Below are positions 1 through 11,800 of a stretch of 64,000 nt of DNA, piece after piece (position 1 is the stretch's first letter; each line of letters starts with the position of its first letter). The DNA lies in NCBI GenBank assembly GCA_010093745.1, contig MU005961.1, forward strand, positions 124,001 through 188,000. The letters are read 5' to 3'. The position numbers were made by a program, and so were the translations under genes. The notes below the pieces were generated by a model that saw only the letters and a program-made list of their open reading frames with translations, made no database searches and was not told where the DNA came from. The stretch comes from Piedraia hortae CBS 480.64 (Eukaryota).

Positions 1-741
1 AGGAAGAAGTTGCGCGGCCTCTCACCACAAGCCAAGGCGGCAACGCGGCCATTTCCAAGGAGCTGCCAGACAATGACCAGATAGGAAATGCAGGCAATGG
101 TGTACCAGCCCCAGCGCTGAGGAGTATCCTCACGGCCAAATGCGGCGAAAAGTCCGGTCAGGGCCATGATGAGATCAGCCACAATGGCTAGGAGGGTGTG
201 ACCACCGTCGAGGCCAGCGACCAAGCAAAGATCCAGGAGCAAGAGGGGGGTGGTAAGAGCCCAGTCAACATAGCGGGCCCAGTAGACTTGACGCACAATC
301 TCCTTTGTAGTGTCAGGAACGCCATGCTTGTGGTGCTGCTTCTCCGTGATGTAGTGCTCGCTAACGCCATGTCCACTGGCCATGGCAAAGTAAGAGAGCG
401 TGGCAATCGTCACAATCAGAGTGGTAATGACATGGAAAAGTCGTTTGGACTAAGAAGTTAGCTACATACTCGAGCGTGAGCATTCATCCTTACCATCGGG
501 ATGCTCCATGACACGCCAACAAAGACAATCATGGAGATGAGCATGACAACAAAGCCAACCCTGAGTTGTTAGCAGCTCGTAGCTGTAGAGCCTGTTGCAC
601 TTACCATAGAGAACGATGGCCAGCCTCGCCAGCTACTTCATACTCCGGCAGAGTGGGAACCACGGTGGGAATTGGAGCTACCGAGCTCGTGGCAACGGGC
701 ACCTTGGCCGTGGCAAAGGCTTGAACTGGATCCACGATCAT
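1..741 (-). CDS. Fungal opsin (type I microbial rhodopsin, Leptosphaeria-rhodopsin-like); 3' part runs off the window
   Basis: Manual splicing: exons 741-605, 560-494, 449-<1; two 44-nt GT-AG introns with gctaac branch sites. Translation MIVDPVQAF...SLWVGFVVMLISM...SKRLFHVITTLIVTIATLSYFAMASGHG...RQVYWARYVDWALTTPLLLLDL...ADLIMALTGLFAAFG...QRWGWYTIACISY contains the helix C motif RYxDWxxTTPLLLxDL. Confidence 0.93.
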
Positions 742-1037
742 TCTGGGCAGTATTCTGAGGATTAACAGGAGATGTAGAAGGAGGTGATGAGGAAAACAGA
801 GCAGAAACAAGCTTGCGGCGGTTAAGGCGGGGACTGTCACGGGATGACGGCTGAGTGACGTCGCTCCGTTTTAGCGCGTAAACAAATCAATATGTGGGGC
901 ACAGTTACCGATTCGGACCATCAGGCTGGTTGTATGATTACCCAACTCGCACACGGATTAACTAAATACCCCGGTCTGCTTAACCAGCCGCCGTTCGGGT
1001 ACCAACGGTTGACATTAGTTCCAACCAGGCTTCCCTA

Positions 1038-4000
1038 ATGCAACAACTGATACCGTTCGCAGCCCTGCTGGGCGCTGCTTGGGGATCATGCTCTCCATAC
1101 TCTCCGTACTCTCCCCAATTTGTCTATACCGGGCTGGAGAAGAGACCAGAGGATTGCCCGCCTTGTTTCAATTGCAATCTCGATGACTTTGTCTGTCTCC
1201 AATTTGCAAACTGCACCAAGAGCTCTGGAAAATGCGCGTGTCCGTCTGGATTTGGAGGAGATGATTGTGGCGAACCTCTCTGCGGCTCTCTGCCAGAGGG
1301 CAAGGATCGACTACCTCGGCAAGGCAAAGAGTGTGAATGCAAAGAAGGGTGGGATGGAATCAACTGCAACGTCTGCAATAATGACGCTGCGTGCGGTGCT
1401 ATGATGCCGCCTGGGCAGACAGATGATGCCGTATGTTACCAAGGAGGGTTGGCCGTTAACGAGAACTTTCAAATGTGTGACATTACCAATCGCAAGATCC
1501 TCGACCAACTAAAAGAAAAGAAGCCTCAGGCCACGTTTAGCTGCAATTCAGAACGGAATGACTGCAATTTCCAGTTCTGGGTCGACCAAAAGGAGAGTTT
1601 TTACTGTTCGCTGGATGATTGTTCGTGGAAAGCCGAGGCAACCGAAACGTCCAATACAACAAGCTATCGTTGTGAACACATGAAATGTGCCTGTGTACCT
1701 GGACGTATGCTCTGCGGCTCTGCCAACAGCATTGATATTTCAGACTTCTTGACCGAAGAGATCAAAGGGCCAGCTACCTTTTCCACCGTCAAAACCAAGG
1801 GAAACTCAGATCGTGATGGATCACGGTTTTCTGAGCCTGCAATGAATGATTTGATTTCATCCGTGTTTGGAGACGAAAGTATCTTCCTCCGTTGCCACTC
1901 TGGCGAATGCTTGTATAAGACCGAGGTGCCTGGCTACGTTCGCCCAATCAAAAGGATCAACACTCCATTGATTGCAGGAGTCATAGCAGCTTGCGCCCTG
2001 TTCGTTGTTGCTGTTATCTTCCTGGTTTACTTTCTCAGTAGACGACGTGCAAGGAGCGGTTACGGACCAGTCCGGCTTGACAATGACGAAGAGGAAGAGG
2101 CGGCAAAGCTGTTGGCAGACCACGAGCCGGCAGCTCTTTACTTTGAGAACGTGTCATATTACCTCCAGGGCAAGCAGGTATTGAACAACGTTACGGGTGC
2201 GGTACATCCCGGTGAACTTTTGGCCATTATGGGAGCATCTGGAGCTGGAAAGACGACGTTTCTTGATATCTTGGCCCGCAAAAAGAAGCGTGGTTTGGTC
2301 AGCGGGAACATTTGGCTTAACGGCAAAAAGGTAACAGACGAAGACTTTCGTTCTGTTATTGGCTTTGTGGACCAAGACGACACCATGCTTCCTACCCTCA
2401 CAGTACATGAGACCATTATGGACTCTGCAATGTTGAGACTGCCGAGGGAAATGTCAGTGGCTGCCAAACAACAGAAAGTGGAAGATGTAGAGCGTCAGTT
2501 GGACATCTACCACATTCGCCATCAACTTATTGGCTCAGCTGAAGGGGGGCGCGGCATCTCTGGCGGAGAAAAGCGTCGGGTTGGCATCGCTTGCGAGCTG
2601 GTGACATCGCCGTCTATACTCTTCCTAGACGAGCCAACGTCTGGGCTAGATGCTTACAATGCCTATAATGTGATTGAGTGTCTGGTGCAACTGGTCAAGA
2701 CGTATAATCGCACTGTCATTTTCAGCATCCACCAGCCACGATCCAACATTGTTGCCCTATTTGATCAGCTGATCTTGCTTGCTCGGGGCAGAACTGTCTA
2801 TTCTGGACCCTTTGATCGGTGTCAAGACTACTTCAACGGCATCGGCTATTCGTGTCCGTCTGGTTTCAATATTGCGGATTACCTTGTAGATTTGACCATG
2901 CACGCGAGTACACAGCTGCCTCGTGATGCAAGCGATGGGGATACCACAATCACCAGAGCAAGCTCAACCATTGCCATCAAGTCGATTCCCAGCGACAACG
3001 TGTCTGCCATCTCTACCGAAGCCGGCTCTAACAGTGTATCTCGTCGTAAGACGTCCATTCGGCAGCAGCAAGAACGCCAGCTATTTGCACGAAGGCCACA
3101 GGTTCAGTCAGCTGGCAGCACCAGTGAAGGGGACAGCATTCTCAGCGAGCGTGACCAGTGGGTAAAGATGGCTCGACAGAGTGGCCAAGCTCCGGCTCAG
3201 ATCACTGATGATCCAACTCTGATGCAGCCGGAAGCCACTGATATAGACATTTTGGTGACTGCGTTCAACGACTCGAACGTGGCAAAGGAGATGTGCGAGG
3301 GCATGAACGAAGCCATCTCTGGAGATGAGAGCGAATCTCCCCGAGGACGCATGGGGTATCAAAAGCCACGGATCCACTCTCAGTTTGCCGTCTTGGCTCG
3401 ACGAACATGGCGGAACCTGTACCGCAACCCAATGTTGATGCTCACGCATTATGCCATTGCCATCATCCTGGGTGTCTTTGTCGGCTTCCTGTTCTATGGC
3501 CTAACAGACGATCTGGCAGGCTTCCAGAACCGTCTAGGGTTTTTCTTCTTTTTACTAGCTCTCTTCGGCTTCAGCACGCTGACTTCTTTGAACGCATTCG
3601 CTCCCGAAAGGCTCTTGTTTGTGCGCGAGAGGGCAAAAGGATACTACCACCCCGTGGCGTATTACCTCGTCAAAGTCGTCTTCGACATTGTGCCGCTGCG
3701 GTTGATCCCACCGCTCATAATGGGAGCGATTGTATATCCCATGACGGGACTCGAGGCTGCTTGGCTAGAGTTTTTCAAGTACATTCTCTTTTTGGTGCTG
3801 TTCAACCTTGCGGCAGCGACGATCTGCCTCTTTATCGGAATCTGCATCCAGAATCAGGGTGTGGCCAGTCTGTTTGGGGTGCTCGTCATGCTTTTTAGTC
3901 TTCTCTTTGGTGGCTTCTTGCTCAACCACGATACCATTCCCCGGCCTGTTGCCTGGTTACAAAACGTAAGCTGAGCCGTCTTTGAACTATTGTCTTGTGC

Positions 4001-4250
4001 TAATGTTTCCCAGCTCTCAATCTTCCACTACGCTTTCGAGGGGCTCATCGTGAATGAAGTTCGGTATCTGACCCTGACGGACAAGCAATACGGTCTGGAC
4101 ATTGAGATCCCCGGCTCGGCAATCCTATCATCGTTTGGATTTAACGTCCTGGCTCTCCCGCGGGATGCTACCGGTCTCGCAATTTTCTGCGCCATCTTTT
4201 TGCTACTGGGCTATGTGGCTCTACACATCCTCCTGATTGAGAGGCGGTAG
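1038..4250 (+). CDS. ADP1: ABCG half-transporter with N-terminal Cys-rich/EGF-like region (ADP1-like)
   Basis: Signal peptide, EGF-like Cys repeats, TM segment, Walker A GASGAGKT, signature ISGGEKRR, Walker B LFLDE, C-terminal ABC2 TMD. Intron 3966-4013 joins AWLQN to LSIFHYAFE in frame. Confidence 0.92.
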
Positions 4251-4282
4251 TACATAATTATTCTGTACATCACTTTGTTGAT

Positions 4283-5272
4283 TTATTTCTGACTCTTGGT
4301 AATCCACCTCCCATCATCACCATCCACTCGTTGCGCCCATTCCGTCCACGAACCATCATAAACCCTCGTATCCTTATACCCTGCCTCCCTAAGCGCCAAA
4401 TCCACCAATGTGGCGGTGACACCACTCCCACAAGTCGACACAACCGGCTTACCCTCCACAACCCCCTTCTTTTCAAAGTAATTCCTCAACTCCTCCCGTC
4501 CGCGAAGCGTCCTCCTCTCTGGTTCCAAAACCTCCCCAAACGGGATATTCACCGAACCAGGCATATGTCCGGAGGGCAGTCCCTCTCTCGGCTCAGGGTC
4601 CCTACCACTCCACCTCCCCTCAGGTCTTGCATCCACAATCGTGACATCCTCCCCACCAACAAGTTCCTTCATCTCCTCAAACCCTACAACCCTCTCATCC
4701 ACCCCGGGAACGGGGTACTCACTCCTCTCCCTGACCTTCATTTCCCCCTCCTCAACCCCATACCCCTGTTCAACCCACAGTTTAAAATTATCAAGCACAA
4801 ACACGCTCTTATGCCCAAAATGTCTGAACGTCCATGCCACGCGGGGGGCACTGAATAATCCCAACTCTACTGTATCGTAGACTACTAACGTATCATCCCT
4901 CTTTACCCCGAGTTTACTCATCGCATCAGCAAATTTGGTGGGTGGGGGGAGCATGTGCGTGTATGGACTGGTTTCATCGCTAATAGCGTCGAGGTCGAAG
5001 AAGACTGAGCCGGGGATGTGCTGGGTTAGGAAGGAATTGTGCCCGGTGCGGTGGAAGGGATCGTTGGGCATGAACCAGCCCGCGCTGATGGGGAGGATGC
5101 GTGGAGATTCTTTTGTCTTTGGGGAGCGGAGGGCGGTGAAGAGTTGGGCGGGGGTAATGGTTATGCTTGAGTGGGGGAAGGGGGAGGTTGAAAGGCGGTG
5201 TATGCTTCCTATGGGTAGGCGTGGGATGGGCATGTTGTTAGGTTCTGTAGAGATGCGTTGCGCACCTGCCAT
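4283..5272 (-). CDS. TUM1: 3-mercaptopyruvate/thiosulfate sulfurtransferase (tandem rhodanese)
   Basis: HIPGSVFFDLD, SAPRVAWTF, IVDARPEGRW, SGHMPGSVNIPF, active-site loop TCGSGVTA, YDGSWTEW; start codon uncertain. Confidence 0.92.
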   Translation of the reverse strand: MAGAQRISTEPNNMPIPRLPIGSIHRLSTSPFPHSSITITPAQLFTALRSPKTKESPRILPISAGWFMPNDPFHRTGHNSFLTQHIPGSVFFDLDAISDETSPYTHMLPPPTKFADAMSKLGVKRDDTLVVYDTVELGLFSAPRVAWTFRHFGHKSVFVLDNFKLWVEQGYGVEEGEMKVRERSEYPVPGVDERVVGFEEMKELVGGEDVTIVDARPEGRWSGRDPEPREGLPSGHMPGSVNIPFGEVLEPERRTLRGREELRNYFEKKGVVEGKPVVSTCGSGVTATLVDLALREAGYKDTRVYDGSWTEWAQRVDGDDGRWITKSQK

Positions 5273-5461
5273 AAGAGGACGCGTCGTGCGTTACTTGCGC
5301 GACACCTCCAAACTTACAGTACACTCAACGGACCAAACCCAGCTCACCAAACCAGCGGACCGCAACCCAACGCACAGAATTCAACGAACCCAACCGCTCA
5401 AACCATCAAACCCACCCTGACCCAGCTCACCAACCCGCCCACCACCCCCTTTCCCCCAAAA

Positions 5462-5960
5462 ATGAAAATTACCTACGAATCCTACACCTCCGTCGCCGAA
5501 TGGAAATGGGACCTCCCCCCCGACTCAGACGATACATGTGGAATCTGCCGGGTTCAGTTCGAGGGGACTTGCGCGAGGTGTAAATACCCCGGTGATGATT
5601 GTCCTATTAGTATGTATACCCATCCTCCATTGCCCCTTGTGGGCTTCCTTGCGGGCTCCTCCCACCTCTTTTATTTCATCTTCCCTTCCCCCACTCTCTC
5701 CGCCCGCCCACATATTCTCCCCATCCGCCCACCACCCACTGACTGTTTTCGAAGTGATGGGCACATGCACGCACTGCTTCCACATGCACTGCATTACTGT
5801 CTGGCTGTCCGATGAGTCAAGTCAGGGGAAATGTCCCATGTGTAGACAGCCTTTTCGGGAGAAGGTGGCTGATGCTACTGAGCCCACTGGTGTTGTGGAG
5901 TTGATTAATCTTGTTACTGATGATGAGGGAGAATACGGGGAGGAGGAGGGGGAAGAGTAG
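5462..5960 (+). CDS. APC11: Anaphase-promoting complex subunit 11 (RING-H2)
   Basis: Exon 5462-5609 MKITYESYTSVAEWKWD...DDTCGICRVQFEGTCARCKYPGDDCP; intron 5610-5754; exon 2 GTCTHCFHMHCITVWL...CPMCRQ. Confidence 0.92.
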
Positions 5961-6241
5961 CTGAGTGGAATGGTGGGTGGAATGGTGGGTGGTAATGGGG
6001 AAGGGAGATGCCCGATGGATGATGGTGGAGAGGGATACCCTAGTGTACTTCTACGTTAGACTTACAATGTCATAGAATGACTTGTCTACGAAACTGAATT
6101 TCAATGTGCGACATTCTTGGCATTACAACATTGGCTGAAGATGGAATGAACCGGCAAAAGAGACACCAAGCTAAGAATTACCCATGTCCTTCCATCCTCC
6201 TGTTCGCTCGCACTAATCTATCAGTAGCGTGTAGCTACGGC

Positions 6242-6784
6242 CTATTGACGATGCTGACACTTGCCAGAACATCTACGGAGTTTATAGGTCATCTCCAGGG
6301 AGTAGCAGCCATTGTCGTGGCAGGTGGAGACAGCGGCAGCTCCAGCTGACTTGGCGGAAGCGGACGGGGCCTTGGAAGGTTCTTTAGAAGCGGCTTTCGA
6401 CGGGGCCTTGGTCGGTTCTTTGGAAGGGGCCTTGGACGGATCCTTGGACGGCAATTTGGACGGCGCTTTAGAAGCTTTTTTCGAGGGGGCTTTGTTGGGC
6501 GCCTTGGACGGCTCCTTGGTCTGCGCCTTAGAAGCCTCCTTAGTGGACATCTTAGTCGCGACCTTGGACGGCGCCTTCTCCTTGGATTTATACGAAGAAG
6601 CCTTGGACGGGGCCTTGGCGACGGGCATAATAATCTCGGCAGGGATCATGGCCGGAATAACTTCATGGGCAGACTTCGGCGCGCTGGCCTTGCTCGGCGG
6701 CTTGGGGCAGCAGGCTTTAGACATTCTGGCAGCTACTTGCGAGACGGAATCTTCAGGAAGAATAGTGTTGCAGTTGCTGGGCAT
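6242..6784 (-). CDS. Hypothetical low-complexity Lys/Ala/Pro/Ser repeat protein
   Basis: 180-aa ATG ORF with a run of 4-aa units (KAPS/KEPS/KDPS) and a Cys-containing C-terminal tail; TATA-like element just upstream on the minus strand. Confidence 0.55.
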   Translation of the reverse strand: MPSNCNTILPEDSVSQVAARMSKACCPKPPSKASAPKSAHEVIPAMIPAEIIMPVAKAPSKASSYKSKEKAPSKVATKMSTKEASKAQTKEPSKAPNKAPSKKASKAPSKLPSKDPSKAPSKEPTKAPSKAASKEPSKAPSASAKSAGAAAVSTCHDNGCYSLEMTYKLRRCSGKCQHRQ

Positions 6785-7130
6785 GAGCCGCGCGGTGAGT
6801 GGTAGGGGGAAAGAGAGTTGAAAGTGCGCGGATATAGAAATAGGAACAGGTGAAGTACAGAGTAAATCGCGTACGCGTCACTGTGGCATGTGTTAACCAG
6901 GTCAAGTTGTATAAACATCTCATCGTGGCAGAATGTCAGCACATCTTCCAGGCCGACACCCACTTAAAGTGGTGCAGGCTAAAGTGTATCAGCGCAATTT
7001 TGATATCAGCACTTCTACGGCACAACGAAGCCATTGAATCCCAAAGGGAGGCAGCGTTGCAATTTGACATCCGTGCTGTTGTTCTCGGGGGAGTATAAAT
7101 GAAATCTTGCTCACATTGAAATCATTAAAG

Positions 7131-8635
7131 CTATAATTCGCTGTGTACGGCATGTTTCAAGTCGGACGGAGTAGGAGCAGCGCTTTCTTGTGACAGCATC
7201 TGCCACGCTTCTTTGAGCGATGTCTTGATTCCCTCAAAGGCCAGATCGAAGCGTGCGCCAAACATCCACGCGAGACCAATCTTGAACAGTTAGCGAAAGA
7301 CACCTTCGTTGAATAACTTACCATGCAAGTAAAGACGATGACCAGCGTAATGGCAACGGCAAGGAGAATGTAGAACAACTCTTCCTTTGCGTCCGCCTCT
7401 TCCTTCTTTTTTCTGGCTTCTTGTTCAGGGCTCAGGGTCTCTGCTGGCGCAAGAGGCAGTGGCCGCGCCACTTGTGATGGGAAAATGGACTCGATGAACT
7501 TCTCAATCTTACCACATGCAATGCTGATGTCAAGGAAATGGGGATCAGTTGGCACGTTTTTGGCATGAATCTTCCGCACGTATTCCTTGAAGACCTCGCA
7601 CACGACCTGCAAATTTTGCGTGGATTTCCACATAATTTGGCACGCTTGACCTTTGGTAATTTTGATATTTCGTTCAAACATTGTGTAGTTCTGAAAGCAT
7701 AGCTCAAGGCTTGCAATTGCCATGGCCTGTGGGATGGCAACAAAGTTGAACACCGACTGTTCCTTAACTCCAGCCATGTAAAACAGGCAATCGTCTACGC
7801 GGCCAAGTGCGAGTAGGATCATTTCGCTCTGGCAGTGGAGGGCCTTTTCCCTTTTTCCGGGCAAAAAGAGGTCGCTGAACTGGTCCACATACTTGCTCCA
7901 CACCTCTTTAGGCCAAAAGTATCGATGGTCCTCGTGGTCTTCCCGAATGTCTCGAATGATGTTGGTCTGCTGCAAGAACTGACCCATGCTCTCAATTAGC
8001 TCCGGTCTTTGGAGCAATGCCGGATTAGCCAGCTTTGCTTCCACAAACAACCGAGTGCATCCTTCTCCAACTAGGCCAGCAACATAGTGACAATACAGCT
8101 CATAGTCTTTGATGGTAATAACGACATTGGCAGTGTTATCTTGCTTCCTAGCATAGTCTGCCATGCCGTTGCCCATTCGTTTGGTGATATCCCGAATTAT
8201 GACTTTATAAGGTTCTTTGATCTTGGCAAATTCCTTTGTAACAACGTCAAAATGGACTAACAGTTCCCTGTCCTTCTCATTTGGTCCATTGCCGTTGAAT
8301 GTCCACTTCGGGTCATCGATGACGTTATGGAAATTCCGAAGCAAGGGCTCTTTTTTCTCGAGATCCAGTGTCATGTCATCTTCGATAGTGTCTAGCCCGC
8401 GGAGCACCAGATAGAACAAGCAAACAGGGACTAAAAGCTCCGGGTGTAGCTCTTGAATTACAGCAGCAAATGACCGCGAAGTCAATGTGAGAAAGCGGAA
8501 GCACTCCCGAAGAGTCTCGCACTCCTGGCTCTCATCTCGCTCGTGTACGGGGCTGTGCCATGTTTTCCATTGAAGAATGGCACGCAGCTCATACGGATGA
8601 GTCAAGTAGTACAACACAGACTGAGCCGAGACCAT
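7131..8635 (-). CDS. ERG9: Squalene synthase
   Basis: TSRSFAAVI, FYLVLRGLDTIEDD, YCHYVAGLVG, MGQFLQQTNIIRD. A 41-nt intron at 7321-7281 gives the last exon IGLAWMFGARFD...HAVHSEL* (stop 7131-7133; HDEL-like end). Confidence 0.95.
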
Positions 8636-8838
8636 TGTTGCACTGTGCGGTCCATCACTCCATGAGAAGGAAAAAGAACGTGGAACGGACCGAGCCGGCG
8701 CACGTAATCACTAATTACGCTCTAGACAGTCTAGAGTTTTATCATACTCACTCGGTTACGCCGGTGTATGAGTGTGACCAAACATCAGATTAACGTTGTC
8801 CTAACCTACAACGAACCCAGCCCAAAGCCTTAGAAAAA

Positions 8839-11800
8839 TTAAATATTCCTCAGTTTACCTTGTGGTAAAGGAATATTCTCCCTCCCCTCTCCAGTTCCCG
8901 CTACAGTCGATCGCAAAGTTCGTTTACACGGCAACTTGCCATCCGCATGTTGTGACGGTCCAAGAGAGCTTGCATACTGCCTCTTAAGTTTTGAACGTTT
9001 GACCTCTGACCCGTCCAAATTGGGAAGGGCCTTAACTACATCTCCTGCTTCTGATGCTTCCATAGGCGGTGGGGCATGGGAGGAGGATGGCACGTTGGTG
9101 TCCAGCTCTCGCAAACCACTTGTGCCAGCTGGCCTCGGAAGGGGAGGTTGCGGAGGCTGCTCATCGGTGAAGACTGCTGTTTTACCAGATGATTTTGCCG
9201 GACTGCTCATTGACGTAGTCTTGACAGGCTCTCCTGGCGAGTCAGACAATTGGCGGCTTTCATTTCGTAGACGATCCAAAAGTGTCTCGTGAGCCTCTGT
9301 ACGGGGCAACACGGTTTGATAGTCATATTGCATCTTGATTGGTGTCTCCCCGGTGGCCTCGTACTCTGTTATCTGGCCGGCTTGCACCTTATCTCGTAGC
9401 AAACGAAGGGCATGCCGCACATCGCCGTCCTCACCCATGACAGGCAATGTACTTGACAGATGGTCGGTTTGCTCTTGCAAATCATTACCCACTGCTTTTG
9501 TTCGTTGATATGACTCTACAAGATGATTGCCAATGCTCTGGTAGCTCTCCTCAACGTCAGCTGCAAGCTTACGCAAACTGGAGGTGTGTGCAACGTGGTG
9601 TTCCTCGTTTTGCGTGCGTACTTTGGCCAAAATGCGATCCAAAGCTACCAGTTGTTGATCCATCTGCTGCATTTGATTATTCACAATCTTTACAGTCTCG
9701 CCGTGCACAGCGTTTGCTGTAGCAGATATGCCGTCAACCTGGTCCCTTGCCAAGGTCCAATCACTCCGAATCTTGGCCTTGACATTATCTCGGGATTTAA
9801 GTGAGGAATCAACAAGAGCACTGGCGCCCACAGTCCAAGTGTCCATGCCCTCAGAGTAGAGTTGTTGAGCCACCTGAAACTGATCCTCCGAAACCTTGAT
9901 TTGTTGACTCGCGTTATTCAGATAGCCTTCAAGCCGCATCTCTTGTGCCACAGCTGACTCGTTGACCAAGGCTGTGATCTTGGCAAGTAAATCTTGCCGT
10001 TCAGTAGCGGCCAAGTCTCTCTCAGCACGAACAGCCTGCTCCAGCTGGCTCTGGGATGCTCGACCAGCCTCCGTAAAAGCAGTGTTCGCCTGTATGATAT
10101 GCTGACGTAGCCTATTAACTTCCCCTTGTTGCTCCGTCATCCGCCGGATCAAAGTTTCAAATATGCCTTTAAACTCTTTGCCAAGAGACACGTACGACTG
10201 CTCAAGCTGTTGATGGAATTCGTCAAGCTCTGTAGCGATGCCGGCGCTAATTCGTTGTGCAGCGGACGACAGAACGTTCATTCCATCGCCAACCTTTTGC
10301 TTCACATCTCCTCGGAGTGTGATGATTTCCTCTAGGACCTTGTTCATTTCGCTCTTTGCATCCGCTGTCTGGGCATTCACATCAGCCTCAGATTGCTGAA
10401 ATGCCGCCATCTTCTCCCCTAAGAATGCCTGTGAGGTTTGCAGATCTTGTAGCTCGCTGGAAACAAACTCCCTCATACGGTTAACCATGGCAGTGATGAG
10501 GCCTTGCTGTTCGCCCCGCAGAGCCTCAACCCGATCCTCAACAGCAATTGTAGTATCCGCAACATGTGCCTGTGACTCCTGCCACCGAGATCTGTTGAGT
10601 GACTGCAACTCTGAACGGCGACGTAGCTTTGAGTGCAGTTTGTTCACATGATCAGTTGTGGTGTCTAGGGTCTCCAGCAAATCCTCGCCCACACTGACCA
10701 GCTTTTCCTCTGTCTTTTCATGAGCCTGGCGCAGATGTGTCTCCTCAGCCAAGTTGCGCCTGGTGTGCTCCAACACAATCTCAGTCTTTTCAAGGACACT
10801 CTTCGTCCCCTCCATAAGCTCTCGCGTGCGTTCATTGTCCTTTTTGAGGCTTTGGAAGTTGTTGGTTAAGGCGAAAAGCTCCTGCACTCTGTTGCGGAGA
10901 TTGGCTTCCATGGTTTCGATCTTATCCTTTTGCTCATTGACCAGAATCCTGCGGCTCTCAGACTCTGTAGTTATTTCCTCATATGCCTCTGTAGTCAGGT
11001 ATACACCATTGCGTTGCCGTGTGGCAATAAGTTCAGATTTGAGCTTTTCAATCTCGGCGGTAAACTCACGAAGAAGAGTCTTTTTGGTCATCAACTGGTT
11101 GACTTGCGGCTTGTTGCGGATGTTCTTTGCACGAAAAGCATAATCGAGCGTACTGATAGTTTCCTCAAGATTGCTTTTGGCTGGAGAGAGTGTTGCAATG
11201 ATGCACGTTTTTGTTCGGCCACCAAGTGAATCTTGCAGCAGCCTGGTAAGTTTTGACTCACGATATGGGATATGGCTACTACGGTCAACCAACGCGTTGA
11301 TAACGCGCCCCAGGGTTAGCAAAGATTTGTTAATCAGCCCTGCCTCTGTCGCCCGCTTGTTCTCCGCTCCAGAACGTTGAATGTTCTCTGAACCAGCCAG
11401 ATCAACTAGGTTCAGTTTCCCGGCTGAGACCAAATCTTCACCTGCTTCTTTTGAGCGTTTCATGAAAACAGTTACTGTGAAAACCGTGTGAGATCGTGAA
11501 GACAGGTCATTGCACTTCGTGGCGGCCACTTGACGTTTATGGCTGCCCTGACGGAGGAGTTGTATTCCTTTGAAGGCATCCTTAATGTAAGTCTCCTCCA
11601 TACCTTGCACCAGTGTCGTGCTTCGACCACTCTTGTTGGCTTCGTCAAATATCTTCAACTTCACGGAGTCGTCTGCGGCAAGAAGATCACGCAACTCCTC
11701 ATTGTACAGCTCAATAAACGAGCACTTTACGCTGTATTCAGTCGCCTTTTCTTCTTGTTCGTTACTCAGCCGATCAAATAGCGAATGCAGGGCACGCGGT

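Noticed and set aside
6312..6821. 169-aa plus-strand ORF with GALDGSL repeats
   Set aside because: Antisense shadow of the KAPS-repeat ORF; non-ATG start, and openness is explained by the repeat.
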